Below, piece after piece: positions 10,018-19,776 of a stretch of DNA of 64,000 nt. The notes beneath the pieces were generated by a model, which made no database searches, was not told where the DNA came from, and saw only the letters and a list, made by a program, of their open reading frames with translations. The position numbers and the translations under genes are program-made. The stretch covers positions 5,735-69,734 of the forward strand of contig QQUF01000045.1 in the NCBI GenBank assembly GCA_008501735.1, given 5' to 3'. How positions within the stretch are numbered: the first letter of the stretch is position 1; each line of letters starts with the position of its first letter. The DNA comes from Calditrichota bacterium. Its GTDB lineage: Bacteria > CLD3.

Positions 10018-10493
10018 TTTTCACTCCTAAACTTATGAATAATTTTGGTTCTTTTATCTGTCATTTTATAAGTCAAATCTTCATTCCTTAGATTAAACCT
10101 TATGATATTTGAATAATTTTCATCGTAAGTATTAAAACAAGTATTTTCAATTTTTAGCTCAATGATTTCCTTTACCAAAAGATTAGAATCAAAATTTAGA
10201 ATTAAATAATCGTTTTTTTCAACTATTGCCATATTTTTAAACTCAATTTTCACTTCACTTGCAAAACTAGCAAAATTGTTTTCTAAATATTTTTCAATAC
10301 ACCAAAACAACTCCGAAGAATCTGAACAAGAATCTTTAGTCTTTAGTTCTTCTTTTAAATCAAAAATTTTGAATTTTACTACAAGTTGTAACTTTTCGGC
10401 TTTTTCAGAAAAAGTAAAAAATGCTTTGTGACCAATGTGTGCGAAAGAATTACTCGTTAGAATAAATATTAAAATCGAAATAAATTTGCTCAA
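10014..10493 (-). CDS. hypothetical secreted protein (probable operon partner of the YHYH protein)
   Basis: 159 aa ORF overlapping the downstream gene by 4 nt; hydrophobic N-terminus; start codon appears to be TTG (no in-frame ATG near the 5' end), so the start is uncertain. Confidence 0.45.
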   Translation of the reverse strand: MSKFISILIFILTSNSFAHIGHKAFFTFSEKAEKLQLVVKFKIFDLKEELKTKDSCSDSSELFWCIEKYLENNFASFASEVKIEFKNMAIVEKNDYLILNFDSNLLVKEIIELKIENTCFNTYDENYSNIIRFNLRNEDLTYKMTDKRTKIIHKFRSEK

Positions 10494-10654
10494 TCTTTTA
10501 GCCTAAATTATTGAATTTAAAATTTTTACTTTTTGCACTTTAGTATTTTTATAAAACTTTTACAAGAAAATTTTCAATTGGATGTAATTTCAGTTTTTAA
10601 TTTGTGAAAACATAATTTCTGTTTTATGTTTTTCTACAAATTTTTAAAACAAAG

Positions 10655-13600
10655 ATGTTTATGCCTTACAAAATCATTTCAAAAATTGCATCTGGAACTT
10701 TCGGAACAGTTTACAAAGCTCAAGAATCAACTAAAGGTGAATTCTACGCACTAAAATTAATTCACGAAAATTACAAAACCCCTATAGAACTGAAACGAAT
10801 CAAACGAGGTTTTGAAACTGCACAAAAAGTCTCACACCCAAATTGTGTTAAAATGATTGAATGGTACGAGGAAAAAGACCAAATCGGTTTTGTGATGGAA
10901 TTTGTGGATTCCGTAGGGAACAAAAATCTTTGTTCCCTACAAAATAAAATCTCAAAAATCATTCAAATTTCAAATGGACTTGAAGCACTTCACTCAAGAG
11001 GAATAATTCACAGAGACCTAAAACCTTCAAATATTCTTGAGGATAAAAACGGACAAATTAAAATCACAGACTTTGATTTGGTTAAAACACAAGAGGCTTC
11101 AACAATTACAAATTCAAAATCGTTTTTGGGAACAGTAAAATTCTCTTCCCCCGAACAGTGCAAAGATTCAAGCAAAATTGACCACAGAAGCGACCTTTAC
11201 TCACTCGGAATAATTTTTTATAAACTTCTAACTAACAGATTTCCTTTTGATGGAGATTCCGTAACAAATATTATTCTTGGACATATAAGAACTCCTCTGA
11301 TTTCTCCGACTCAATTTAATCCCGAAATCCCAATTGAGATTGAAAATGTTGTCAAAAAATTATTAGCAAAAAATCGAAATGACAGGTTCAATTCGGCAAA
11401 AGAAGTAGTCGAAAAACTCCACGTATTTTTAGAAACTCCAACCGAAACTCAAATCCAAACTTCAAGTGATTTTCTTCTTTATCCAAGATTTATCGGAAGA
11501 GAAAATGATTTTAAGAAACTTGAAAAATCATTTTCAAAAACTTCGGAAAGAAAACCACAGTTTGTTTTGATTTCAGGCAAATCGGGAAGTGGTAAGACCC
11601 AACTTTGGAAAGAATTTAAAGAAGGATTTTCTGATAGAGAAACACTTTACCTTAACACAAAATGCAAGGAAAATTCCACAAGTCTTGAACCGTTAAGAGA
11701 AGTTTTATTTCAATGTTTAGAGATTTTGGAAGGATTTTCCGACAATGAAAAACTTCCCTATTTTGGGAATTTCTGTAGAGACTTGGAAATTATTTTACCG
11801 CAAATTTCACAACTTAGCTTTTTTGAAAAACTACCTCAAACCGTAAAACTTTCTCAAGAAGATGGAATTTTTAGATTGTTTGAGGCAGTAGTAACCTTGC
11901 TCAAAAATTTGCAGAAAGAAAAGATATTAGTTTTGTTTTTTGACGATTTACAATGGGCAGATTCGCAAACAACTAAATTTTTACACTTTCTACAAAACAA
12001 CTTTAAAAATGAAAAACTTTTGTTTGCAGGAACTTTAAGACCAAATTTTTCTAAATCCGAACTCAAAGAGAATTTTATAGAAAATTGCTCCCAAATAGAA
12101 CTTGAGTCTTTAACTCTTGGGCAAGTAAAAGAAGTGTTGACTTCAATGCTCGGACAAGTTGAACCTGTAGAAACCAATTTTGCACAGTTGATTTTGGAGA
12201 AGACGGAAGGAAATCCACTTTTTATTCAAGAAATTATGTTTCACTTATTGGAGCAGAAGAAAATTTATAAGAAAAAAAATAAGTGGGTTCTTTCTGAAAG
12301 TGAGATTTTGTCCGAAGAATTACCAAAAAGTATTCATTCGACAATTACAAAAAGAATGGAAGTTCTTCCAAAATCGGTTAAGAACATTTTGCAGATTGCT
12401 TCGGTAATTGGTAAAAGTTTTGATTTTGAATTACTCAAAATTCTTTTGCCAAATTTATTGGAAGTCGAAATTCAAAAAGCACTTTTAAAATCTTGTGAAG
12501 AAAATTATTTGACATCATTTTCAGAGAATTATGAATTTTATCACGACTCAATTCGTGAGACTTTAGAGAAACAAATTCAGTCAAAGAATAAAATTAAATT
12601 CCACAAACAAATTGCGAAATATCTCGAAAGAAAGTTTGACGGTGAAAACGAAGATTTGATTTTACAGCTTGCACATCATTTTTACGAAGCAAAATTAAAA
12701 CAAAAAGCAAAGAAGTATTGTTTGTCTGCAAGTAAGGTTGCTGAAAAAAAATACTCAATCTCAAATGCCATTGATTTTTTGACAAAAGCTATTGAATTAG
12801 AAGTAGATAAAGTCAAAATCATTTCTTTGACGATAAAAAAAGCACTTCTTATGAGAACTTTGGGTGTTCCTAACGAACCTTTGAAGATTGCAAAAAAGGC
12901 ACACAAGCTTTCATTAGAATTGAATGATGAGAATTTAATTGTAGATTCTCTTTTAGTAGTAGGCAACGAAGAAATCCAAAACTTTTTGTTTGAAGAAGGT
13001 TTTGCATCTTTAAATGAAGGATTGAAAATTTCTAAGAAGTTAGGAGATGAAACAAGACTTTCAAAAGCCTTGTTTAAGCTAGGTCAATATTACACAATGA
13101 AAGGTGATTTTGAAGAATCAAATTCTTATTGCCAAAAAGCACTAAAGTTAGCGATAAGTAATGGTTTAAAAGAGCTGGAAATGAAAGTCAATTTTAATAT
13201 TGCAGTTAATTTCCAAAATATTTGGGAATTTGAAAAAGCCTTAAAATACTTAGAAAATAGCATAGAACTTTCTAAAGAATTAAAATTTATCTCAGAATCA
13301 ATTTTTTATGAGACTTCTAAAGGAGTAATTTTAAGAAACTTAGGGAAACTCGAAGAATCTTATAACCTTTTTCTAAAAAATCTTACGAAAACCCAAAAAT
13401 ACGGATTTTATGAAGGAATAATTACAGCAACTTTCGGGATTAGCAATTATTTTTTCATAAAAGCCAATTACTCAAAATCAATTCCTTATTTGGAAAAAAG
13501 TATCTCTATTGCCGAAAAAATTAATGACCCAAAAGCCCTTTTGGAAGGCTTCCAAAACTATTCTTCAGTTCAATTTTTAATGGGAAATTTTGAAAAAAGT

Positions 13601-15706
13601 AATGAGTGCTTAAGAAAAGTTTGGATACTTGCAAATACTTCTAATACAAAAAAAGATTTTGCAACTTATTATAAAACAAAAGGCTTAAATCAATTTGCTC
13701 AAAAAGAGTTTGAAGCATCTGCTGAATCATTTTCCAAATCAATTCCTTTTAGAAATAATGACTATTCGGTCGGAGGAGTTTTGTTTCTCAAAGCAAATTC
13801 GCTTTTTGAACTTGGTGATTTGGAAAGTGCACAAAAAGAAAACAAACAAGCAAAAAACTTAGCAGAAAAAGTAAACGACCTTCAAACAATTACCAAATCC
13901 AAAATCCTTTCTCTAAAAATTGATTTTAACTTCGGTTTGCAAAAAAAAGCATTGGAAGGTTTGTTAGAAATTACTGAAACAGAAAAAAATGAGAAATTAC
14001 TTGCAACAGCACTTTTTGAGTTTTGTTCACTTTTTGCAAAAAATCAAAATCTTACTTTGCTCCCCGGCAAAAAAATAAATTTTGAAAGTTACAGAAAAAG
14101 AACACTTGAGCTTTTCCGAAAATTAATCCAAAATGACGAAAGTTTTGAGCTTAAAGAAAAACTAATCATTCTTGAAAACCTCAAAAATGAATCGGGAATC
14201 TTTCATTCAGGTTTCTTAAACTCACTTGTTCCTTTGATGGAACCCGAAACAATTTTGAGCGAATCAGTTGAATACCTAACTACGCAAACACAATCTAATA
14301 ATTGCTTTATTGTCCTTAGAAATAAAATAACAGGAAAATTTGAACCTTGTTTCTTTTCCAAAAATTACGAAGACAAAGAAATTGATTTTAGTCAAACGAT
14401 TTTGGAGGAAGCAATTAGAACCAATCAATCAATTTTGGTAGAAAATGCTTTGGATTCCGAGAAATTCAAAAGTAATGAAAGTATCATTGGTAAAATTTTC
14501 CTTTCTGTAATTTCCGTTCCATTTGGGAAAGATGGTGAAGCAATCGGAGCAATTTATTTAGATAGAACAAATCCTGAAAATGATGTTTACCAAAATTCCG
14601 ACTTAGAAAAGGTAAAAGGAATCGGTAAAGTTTTGTTGCCTGTAATCCAAAAACAAAACGAAAACCTAACTTTAAAAATCAAATCTCAAATTCAAGAATT
14701 AGGAATTTTTATCGGTAACAGCCCAAAAATGCAAAAAGTTTATGAAGAAATTGAAAATGCTGCAAACTACAATTTCCCAGTTTACATTTTTGGAGAAACA
14801 GGAACAGGAAAAGAACTTGTTGCAAATGCTTTACACAAACTTTCACCGCGAAGAAATGAGCCTTTTGTAGCGTTAAACTGTTCGGCAATTCCAAAAGACT
14901 TAGCAGAAAGCGAACTTTTCGGACACAAAAAAGGAGCTTTTACAGGAGCTACTTTTGATAAAAAAGGTGTTTTTGAATTAGCGGAAAATGGAACTCTTTT
15001 GCTCGATGAAGTTGGCGACCTTAGTTTGGACAACCAAGCAAAACTACTTAGAGTCATTCAAGAAAAAAAGCTAAGAGTAATCGGTTCTGAAAAAACCACG
15101 AAGGTAAATGCAAGAATCCTTGTTGCCACTCACAAGAACTTAGAAGAGGAAGTGCAAAAAGGGAATTTCCGTGAAGATTTGTTACACCGATTAGATGTTT
15201 TGAAAATATTAGTTCCACCACTAAGGGAAAGAATTGAAGACATTCCACTTTTGGCGTTTCACATTTTGGAAAAATTCAATTTGGAATCAGGTAAAAAAAA
15301 CAAAGGGCTTTCCAAAGATATTATTAAGGATTTTGAAAATTATAAATGGAAAGGAAATGTCAGAGAGTTAGAAAACAGAATTATCAAAGCCTCAGTCAAA
15401 AAGAAAAAAGATGTGCCTTTGACATTAAAAGATTTTGATTTTCTAAATCCCAAAAAGTCTGAAAAAGTAATTCAAATTACCCCTAACGAATCTCAAAATC
15501 TAAATTCTGAAAACCTAATTAATTTGGTTCACAAATTAGAAGGTGAAACAATTTATGAAAAATTAGCAACTGTCGAAAAAGCAATTATTACCCAAGCATT
15601 GAATGAGTACAACTGGAATAAAACAAAAGTATCCGCGAAGCTTGGAATTAGTAGAATGCAAATCAACAGAATAATTGCACGTTTTAATCTTGTGAAAAAA
15701 AGTTGA
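10655..15706 (+). CDS. giant multidomain regulator: Ser/Thr protein kinase - MalT/LAL-type P-loop NTPase - TPR - GAF - sigma-54 activator AAA+ - Fis-type HTH
   Basis: 1683 aa. Kinase motifs: ASGTFGTVYKA, YALKLI, HRDLKPSNIL, ITDFDL (DFG-like), SSPEQ (APE-like). Walker A GKSGSGKTQLW and Walker B LVLFFDDLQWAD (LAL-type). TPR-like central region. GAF-like (IGKIFLSVISVPF...GAIYLDR). Sigma-54 activator: GETGTGKELVANALH, ESELFGHKKGAFTGA (GAFTGA loop), LLDEVGDL, FREDLLHRLDV. C-terminal HTH KVSAKLGISRMQINRII. True start may be the second ATG at 10661 (MPYKII, matching the paralog). Confidence 0.85.
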   Translation: MFMPYKIISKIASGTFGTVYKAQESTKGEFYALKLIHENYKTPIELKRIKRGFETAQKVSHPNCVKMIEWYEEKDQIGFVMEFVDSVGNKNLCSLQNKISKIIQISNGLEALHSRGIIHRDLKPSNILEDKNGQIKITDFDLVKTQEASTITNSKSFLGTVKFSSPEQCKDSSKIDHRSDLYSLGIIFYKLLTNRFPFDGDSVTNIILGHIRTPLISPTQFNPEIPIEIENVVKKLLAKNRNDRFNSAKEVVEKLHVFLETPTETQIQTSSDFLLYPRFIGRENDFKKLEKSFSKTSERKPQFVLISGKSGSGKTQLWKEFKEGFSDRETLYLNTKCKENSTSLEPLREVLFQCLEILEGFSDNEKLPYFGNFCRDLEIILPQISQLSFFEKLPQTVKLSQEDGIFRLFEAVVTLLKNLQKEKILVLFFDDLQWADSQTTKFLHFLQNNFKNEKLLFAGTLRPNFSKSELKENFIENCSQIELESLTLGQVKEVLTSMLGQVEPVETNFAQLILEKTEGNPLFIQEIMFHLLEQKKIYKKKNKWVLSESEILSEELPKSIHSTITKRMEVLPKSVKNILQIASVIGKSFDFELLKILLPNLLEVEIQKALLKSCEENYLTSFSENYEFYHDSIRETLEKQIQSKNKIKFHKQIAKYLERKFDGENEDLILQLAHHFYEAKLKQKAKKYCLSASKVAEKKYSISNAIDFLTKAIELEVDKVKIISLTIKKALLMRTLGVPNEPLKIAKKAHKLSLELNDENLIVDSLLVVGNEEIQNFLFEEGFASLNEGLKISKKLGDETRLSKALFKLGQYYTMKGDFEESNSYCQKALKLAISNGLKELEMKVNFNIAVNFQNIWEFEKALKYLENSIELSKELKFISESIFYETSKGVILRNLGKLEESYNLFLKNLTKTQKYGFYEGIITATFGISNYFFIKANYSKSIPYLEKSISIAEKINDPKALLEGFQNYSSVQFLMGNFEKSNECLRKVWILANTSNTKKDFATYYKTKGLNQFAQKEFEASAESFSKSIPFRNNDYSVGGVLFLKANSLFELGDLESAQKENKQAKNLAEKVNDLQTITKSKILSLKIDFNFGLQKKALEGLLEITETEKNEKLLATALFEFCSLFAKNQNLTLLPGKKINFESYRKRTLELFRKLIQNDESFELKEKLIILENLKNESGIFHSGFLNSLVPLMEPETILSESVEYLTTQTQSNNCFIVLRNKITGKFEPCFFSKNYEDKEIDFSQTILEEAIRTNQSILVENALDSEKFKSNESIIGKIFLSVISVPFGKDGEAIGAIYLDRTNPENDVYQNSDLEKVKGIGKVLLPVIQKQNENLTLKIKSQIQELGIFIGNSPKMQKVYEEIENAANYNFPVYIFGETGTGKELVANALHKLSPRRNEPFVALNCSAIPKDLAESELFGHKKGAFTGATFDKKGVFELAENGTLLLDEVGDLSLDNQAKLLRVIQEKKLRVIGSEKTTKVNARILVATHKNLEEEVQKGNFREDLLHRLDVLKILVPPLRERIEDIPLLAFHILEKFNLESGKKNKGLSKDIIKDFENYKWKGNVRELENRIIKASVKKKKDVPLTLKDFDFLNPKKSEKVIQITPNESQNLNSENLINLVHKLEGETIYEKLATVEKAIITQALNEYNWNKTKVSAKLGISRMQINRIIARFNLVKKS
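10913..10940. repeat. perfect hairpin (10-bp stem, loop aaaatctt) embedded in the kinase-domain coding sequence
   Basis: gtagggaaca-aaaatctt-tgttccctac read directly from sequence; encodes VGNKNLCSL. Same position and same loop as the hairpin at 20074-20101 in the paralog, but a different stem sequence. Confidence 0.6.
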
Positions 15707-16570
15707 GTTTTAAACTTAACTTTTCTGGACTTTAAAACCTTTTTTATAATTCTTCGCCAAGTGAGCTTGATAAAAAGACTTTTAGAATGAATCGATAATC
15801 GAAAACTCGGACATTTTTCTATCATTCTAACTGATGTTACGCAAAAGAAAATAAGAACTCGGTAAAAGCTAAATTTTCTGATAAAATTTGACGTTGCTTT
15901 AACCACCCCATTTTTTCCTTTTCAGAAACTAAAGTTTCAAACGAAAAAATTCCTCTCCTTCAAAAGGGTAGAAAAAAACAAGTTGTGCTTTATACAACCG
16001 AAAACTCTCCTCCTTTACAAGGAGGAGACAGAAAACAAATTCAAGCGAAGCGTTAGAATTTTTTTCAGAGGTGGATTAAACACAAGTCAAAATAAAAAAA
16101 TCAAACTTTTCCTAATTTGCGTAACATCAGATTCTAAACTAACGTGAGTTTGAGAAAAAACTGAACTTTATCTAGCTCCTAACGCTCTTCGTAAGGGTTT
16201 TCTTTATGGAAGCCAAGATAAATATCTTTGAGAAAGGGCAACCACAAGGGTTTGCCCATACAATCTTTGTAAGAGCTTTTTTTCAAAAAATTATTTCTCG
16301 AACTCATCTTTATTCCCTCTTCAAAGTGTAACAGATTGTTCCACTTATAATTCCCATCTCATACTTTCTAACTTTTATTCTGCATTTAAACCCTACGACT
16401 AAAGACTGTAACAATTTGTTATAGCGACCGAAACACCTGTTTTTTCAATAACTTACAAACAGGAAAATCAAAAATGTAACAATTAGTTCCAAGTTCTTAG
16501 TTTAGCATCAATCTATTTTATTTGTTCTAAATATTTATTTATTAACAAATTATACTTTCAAATTCCCTTT

Positions 16571-16586
16571 TGGCATTGAGTTTGGA
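16571..16586 (+). promoter_or_regulatory. weak sigma-54-like promoter candidate (TGGCA-N6-TTGGA) upstream of the 16640 cargo gene
   Basis: tggcattgagtttgga matches the -24 TGGCA element and part of the -12 element (TTGG instead of TTGC), about 55 nt upstream of the ATG. Near-match only. Confidence 0.2.
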
Positions 16587-16639
16587 ACTAACAATTTTGT
16601 CAAACAACAAATTCATTACAAACCAAAGGAAACAAGACA

Positions 16640-18109
16640 ATGAAAAAACTTACAACTTCACTTATCACACTTAGCTTAGGGTTAACTTTAGCCTCAAATT
16701 CTTTCGCAATTAAAATGTATTGGAGTGATACTATAGATCATAAAATTCAACGAGCAAATTTAGATGGCTCAAGTGTAGAAGATTTAGTTTCAATTCCAGG
16801 TAATAGCGATATTTATGGAATAGCATTAGATATTAATAATTCAAAAATGTACTGGGCTGATTATGGAGAAGATAAAATCCAACGAGCGAACTTAGATGGT
16901 TCGAATGTAGAAGATTTGATAACAGTATTTGACTCTATATTTAACTTTGATCCTTTGGGAATTGCATTAGACTTAACAAATTCCAAAATATATTGGGTTA
17001 ATAATGGTGATAAGATAATGCGAGCAAATTTAGATGGCTCAAATGCGGAAGACATTGTCACCGGACTTAGTAGCGGAGTTGTAGATATAAATTTAGATAT
17101 TATAAATTCAAAAATTTATTGGAATGATGGTGGAACAGGTAAGATCCAAAAAGCAAATTTAGATGGCTCGAATGTGGAAGATGTCGTAACAGGAATAAAT
17201 TCTACTTATTTTATGGCTTTAGACCCAATAAATTCTAAAATATATTGGACAGGTTTTGATGCACACAAAATTGAACGAGCTAATTTAGATGGCTCAAATG
17301 TGGAAGATGTCGTAACAGGTTTAGATGAGCCGTTTGATATAACTCTTGATATTGCAAATTCCAAAATATATTGGACAGAAGCTGACAATAACAAAATCCA
17401 ACGTTGCAATTTTGACGGAACTAATGTTGAGGACCTTGTTACAGGATTATCGGAACCCGGTGCAATTGTTCTTGGTGTTCCTGACATTGCACTTTCAGTA
17501 GAACTTGCTTCTTTCTCCGCTCGCCAAATAGAAAACTCAATCCAACTCAATTGGTCAACAGCTTCCGAAACTGAAAACGAAGGTTTCAACATTTACAGAA
17601 AAATAAGTGGAAGTGAATTTGTCCAAATCGCTTCTTACAAAAGCCACAGAGAACTCAGAGGGCAAGGAAACACTTCTGTTGAGACAAATTACACTTTCAC
17701 TGACAATTCAAAATTACAAAACAATGAATTTTATACTTACGTAATTTCTGATGTTGAAACAAACGGACTTGAAACAAAGCACGAAGAAAATTCTCAAAGC
17801 GTCTTTTTTGAAATAAAAACTCAAGCTGTAAAAAGATTTGAGTTAGCTCAAAATTTCCCTAATCCTTTTAACCCAAGCACAACAATTTCTTACCAACTTG
17901 CCAAAGACACAAGAGTAAGTCTCAAGATTTACAACGAAAAAGGTGAATTTGTAAAAGAACTCACAAACGGCTTTCAGCACGAAGGTTCACACAATGCAGC
18001 TTGGGACGGAACAGATGAAAATGGAAAATCAGTTTCAAGCGGAACTTACTTCTACAAACTCCAAGCAGGAACTTTCACACAAACTAACAAAATGATTTTG
18101 TTGAAATAA
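16640..18109 (+). CDS. YWTD beta-propeller protein with T9SS C-terminal sorting domain (paralog)
   Basis: 489 aa; signal peptide MKKLTTSLITLSLGLTLASNSFA; repeated KMYWSD/KIYWVN...RANLDGSNVEDV blades; LSVELASFSARQIENSIQLNWSTASETENEGFNIYRK module; T9SS tail NFPNPFNPSTTISYQL...GTYFYKLQ. Confidence 0.8.
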   Translation: MKKLTTSLITLSLGLTLASNSFAIKMYWSDTIDHKIQRANLDGSSVEDLVSIPGNSDIYGIALDINNSKMYWADYGEDKIQRANLDGSNVEDLITVFDSIFNFDPLGIALDLTNSKIYWVNNGDKIMRANLDGSNAEDIVTGLSSGVVDINLDIINSKIYWNDGGTGKIQKANLDGSNVEDVVTGINSTYFMALDPINSKIYWTGFDAHKIERANLDGSNVEDVVTGLDEPFDITLDIANSKIYWTEADNNKIQRCNFDGTNVEDLVTGLSEPGAIVLGVPDIALSVELASFSARQIENSIQLNWSTASETENEGFNIYRKISGSEFVQIASYKSHRELRGQGNTSVETNYTFTDNSKLQNNEFYTYVISDVETNGLETKHEENSQSVFFEIKTQAVKRFELAQNFPNPFNPSTTISYQLAKDTRVSLKIYNEKGEFVKELTNGFQHEGSHNAAWDGTDENGKSVSSGTYFYKLQAGTFTQTNKMILLK

Positions 18110-18132
18110 ATTTGCTCTCTCCTCTTGTGAAG

Positions 18133-18151
18133 GCCTCATTCAAAATGAGGC
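18133..18151 (+). terminator. possible intrinsic terminator hairpin after the 16640 gene
   Basis: gcctcat-tcaaa-atgaggc inverted repeat just after the stop codon; trailing T-run is weak. Confidence 0.35.
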
Positions 18152-18192
18152 TTGCACTTTAATTAAAGATTTAAAATTTAGGAAACAAGGCA

Positions 18193-19665
18193 ATGAAAAA
18201 ACTTACAACAACACTCTTAACACTTAGTTTAGGCTTAACCTTAGCTTCAACTTCTTTCGCAGATAAAATGTATTGGACGGATTATGGAACAAAAAAAATC
18301 CAACGTTCTGACTTAGATGGTTCAAATATCGAAGACCTTGTTACAACAGGGTTAGGTTTTCCTTTTGGAATGACCTTAGATTTAACTAATTCCAAAATGT
18401 ATTGGGCGGATGGTTCGACAAATAAAATCCAACGTTCTGACTTAGATGGTTCAAATATCGAAGACCTTGTTACAACAGGGTTGAGTTTTCCTGTAGGAAT
18501 CACCTTAGATTTGACTAATTCCAAAATTTATTGGTCAAACTACGGTGACTTAAATATTCAAAGGTCTAATTTAGATGGCACAAATGTGGAAGAAGTAGTT
18601 ACAAATCTGGATACTCCTCTTGGAATTGATTTAGATTTAACAAATTCCAAAATTTATTGGGTTGACACAGGAACGAATAGAATCCAAAGAGCAAACTTAG
18701 ACGGTTCAAGTGTAGAAAATTTAGTTACATCAGGGGTAGATAATTGCAGATTTATTAAGTTAGATATAGCTAGCTCAAAAATGTATTGGACTGATACTTC
18801 AGCAGATAAAATCCAAAGAGCTAATTTAGACGGTTCTAATGTGGAAGATTTAGTTACTACAGGATTAAGTTCCCCTGTAGGTTTAGCTTTAGATATTCCA
18901 AATTCGAAAATGTATTGGACTGATACTTCAGCAGATAAAATCCAAAGAGCAAACTTAGACGGTTCTAATGTGGAAGATTTAGTTACTACAGGACTAAGTT
19001 CTCCTTCTGCAATCGCACTTAATCTTACAGACGCACCACTTTCGGTAGAATTAAATTCTTTCTCTGCTCGTCAATTTGAAAATTCAATCCAACTTAATTG
19101 GTCAACAGCTTCCGAAACTGAAAACGAAGGTTTCAACATTTACAGAAAAACAAGTGGAAGTGAATTTGTCCAAATCGCTTCTTACAAAAGCCACAGAGAA
19201 CTCAAAGGACAAGGAAACACAACATTTGAGACAGGTTACACTTTCACTGACAATTCAAAATTACAAAACAGTGAATTTTACACTTACGTAATTTCTGATG
19301 TTGAAACAAACGGAGTTGAAACCAAGCACCAAGAAAATTCTCAAAGCATAAAATTTGTTTTTGATGAAGAAATTTCACAAACAAAACTTGACTACATTTT
19401 AGCTCAAAATTTCCCTAATCCTTTTAATCCAAGCACAACAATTAATTTTCAAGTTGCGAAAACCCAAGATGTTAGACTTGCAGTTTATAATTTAAACGGA
19501 AAACTTGTGAAGGAACTTGTCAACGAACCGAAAGCCAAAGGCTCACACAATGCAGTTTGGGACGGAACAGATGAAACCGGAAAATCTGTCTCAAGTGGAA
19601 CTTATTTCTACAAAATCTCGGCAGGCACTTTCACACAAACTAACAAAATGATTTTATTAAAATAA
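18193..19665 (+). CDS. YWTD beta-propeller protein with T9SS C-terminal sorting domain (paralog with near-identical internal blade repeats)
   Basis: 490 aa; same architecture as 16640..18109; 5' region including the ribosome-binding context and signal peptide is homologous to the preceding gene. Confidence 0.8.
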   Translation: MKKLTTTLLTLSLGLTLASTSFADKMYWTDYGTKKIQRSDLDGSNIEDLVTTGLGFPFGMTLDLTNSKMYWADGSTNKIQRSDLDGSNIEDLVTTGLSFPVGITLDLTNSKIYWSNYGDLNIQRSNLDGTNVEEVVTNLDTPLGIDLDLTNSKIYWVDTGTNRIQRANLDGSSVENLVTSGVDNCRFIKLDIASSKMYWTDTSADKIQRANLDGSNVEDLVTTGLSSPVGLALDIPNSKMYWTDTSADKIQRANLDGSNVEDLVTTGLSSPSAIALNLTDAPLSVELNSFSARQFENSIQLNWSTASETENEGFNIYRKTSGSEFVQIASYKSHRELKGQGNTTFETGYTFTDNSKLQNSEFYTYVISDVETNGVETKHQENSQSIKFVFDEEISQTKLDYILAQNFPNPFNPSTTINFQVAKTQDVRLAVYNLNGKLVKELVNEPKAKGSHNAVWDGTDETGKSVSSGTYFYKISAGTFTQTNKMILLK

Positions 19666-19685
19666 ATTTGCTCTCTTACTAGAAT

Positions 19686-19720
19686 AGCCTGACAATTAAA
19701 ATTGTCGGGCTTTTTTGTTT
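19686..19720 (+). terminator. intrinsic terminator (hairpin plus T-run) after the 18193 gene
   Basis: agcctgacaatt-aaa-attgtcgggc stem (one G-U wobble) followed by ttttttgttttg. Confidence 0.6.
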
Positions 19721-19776
19721 TGTGAAATCTAGATTTCTGTTTTAAGTTTTCTAACCCAATTAAACAGAGATACAGA

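Noticed and set aside
15553-15906. 117-aa minus-strand ORF at the 3' end of regulator 1
   Set aside because: Overlaps the regulator coding sequence by ~150 nt, has no motif, and reads as a chance ORF in AT-rich DNA.
18193-19665. CRISPR array suggested by short near-identical repeats
   Set aside because: Repeats are in-frame coding repeats of propeller blades with variable-length, homologous 'spacers'; no cas genes; periodicity does not fit CRISPR.
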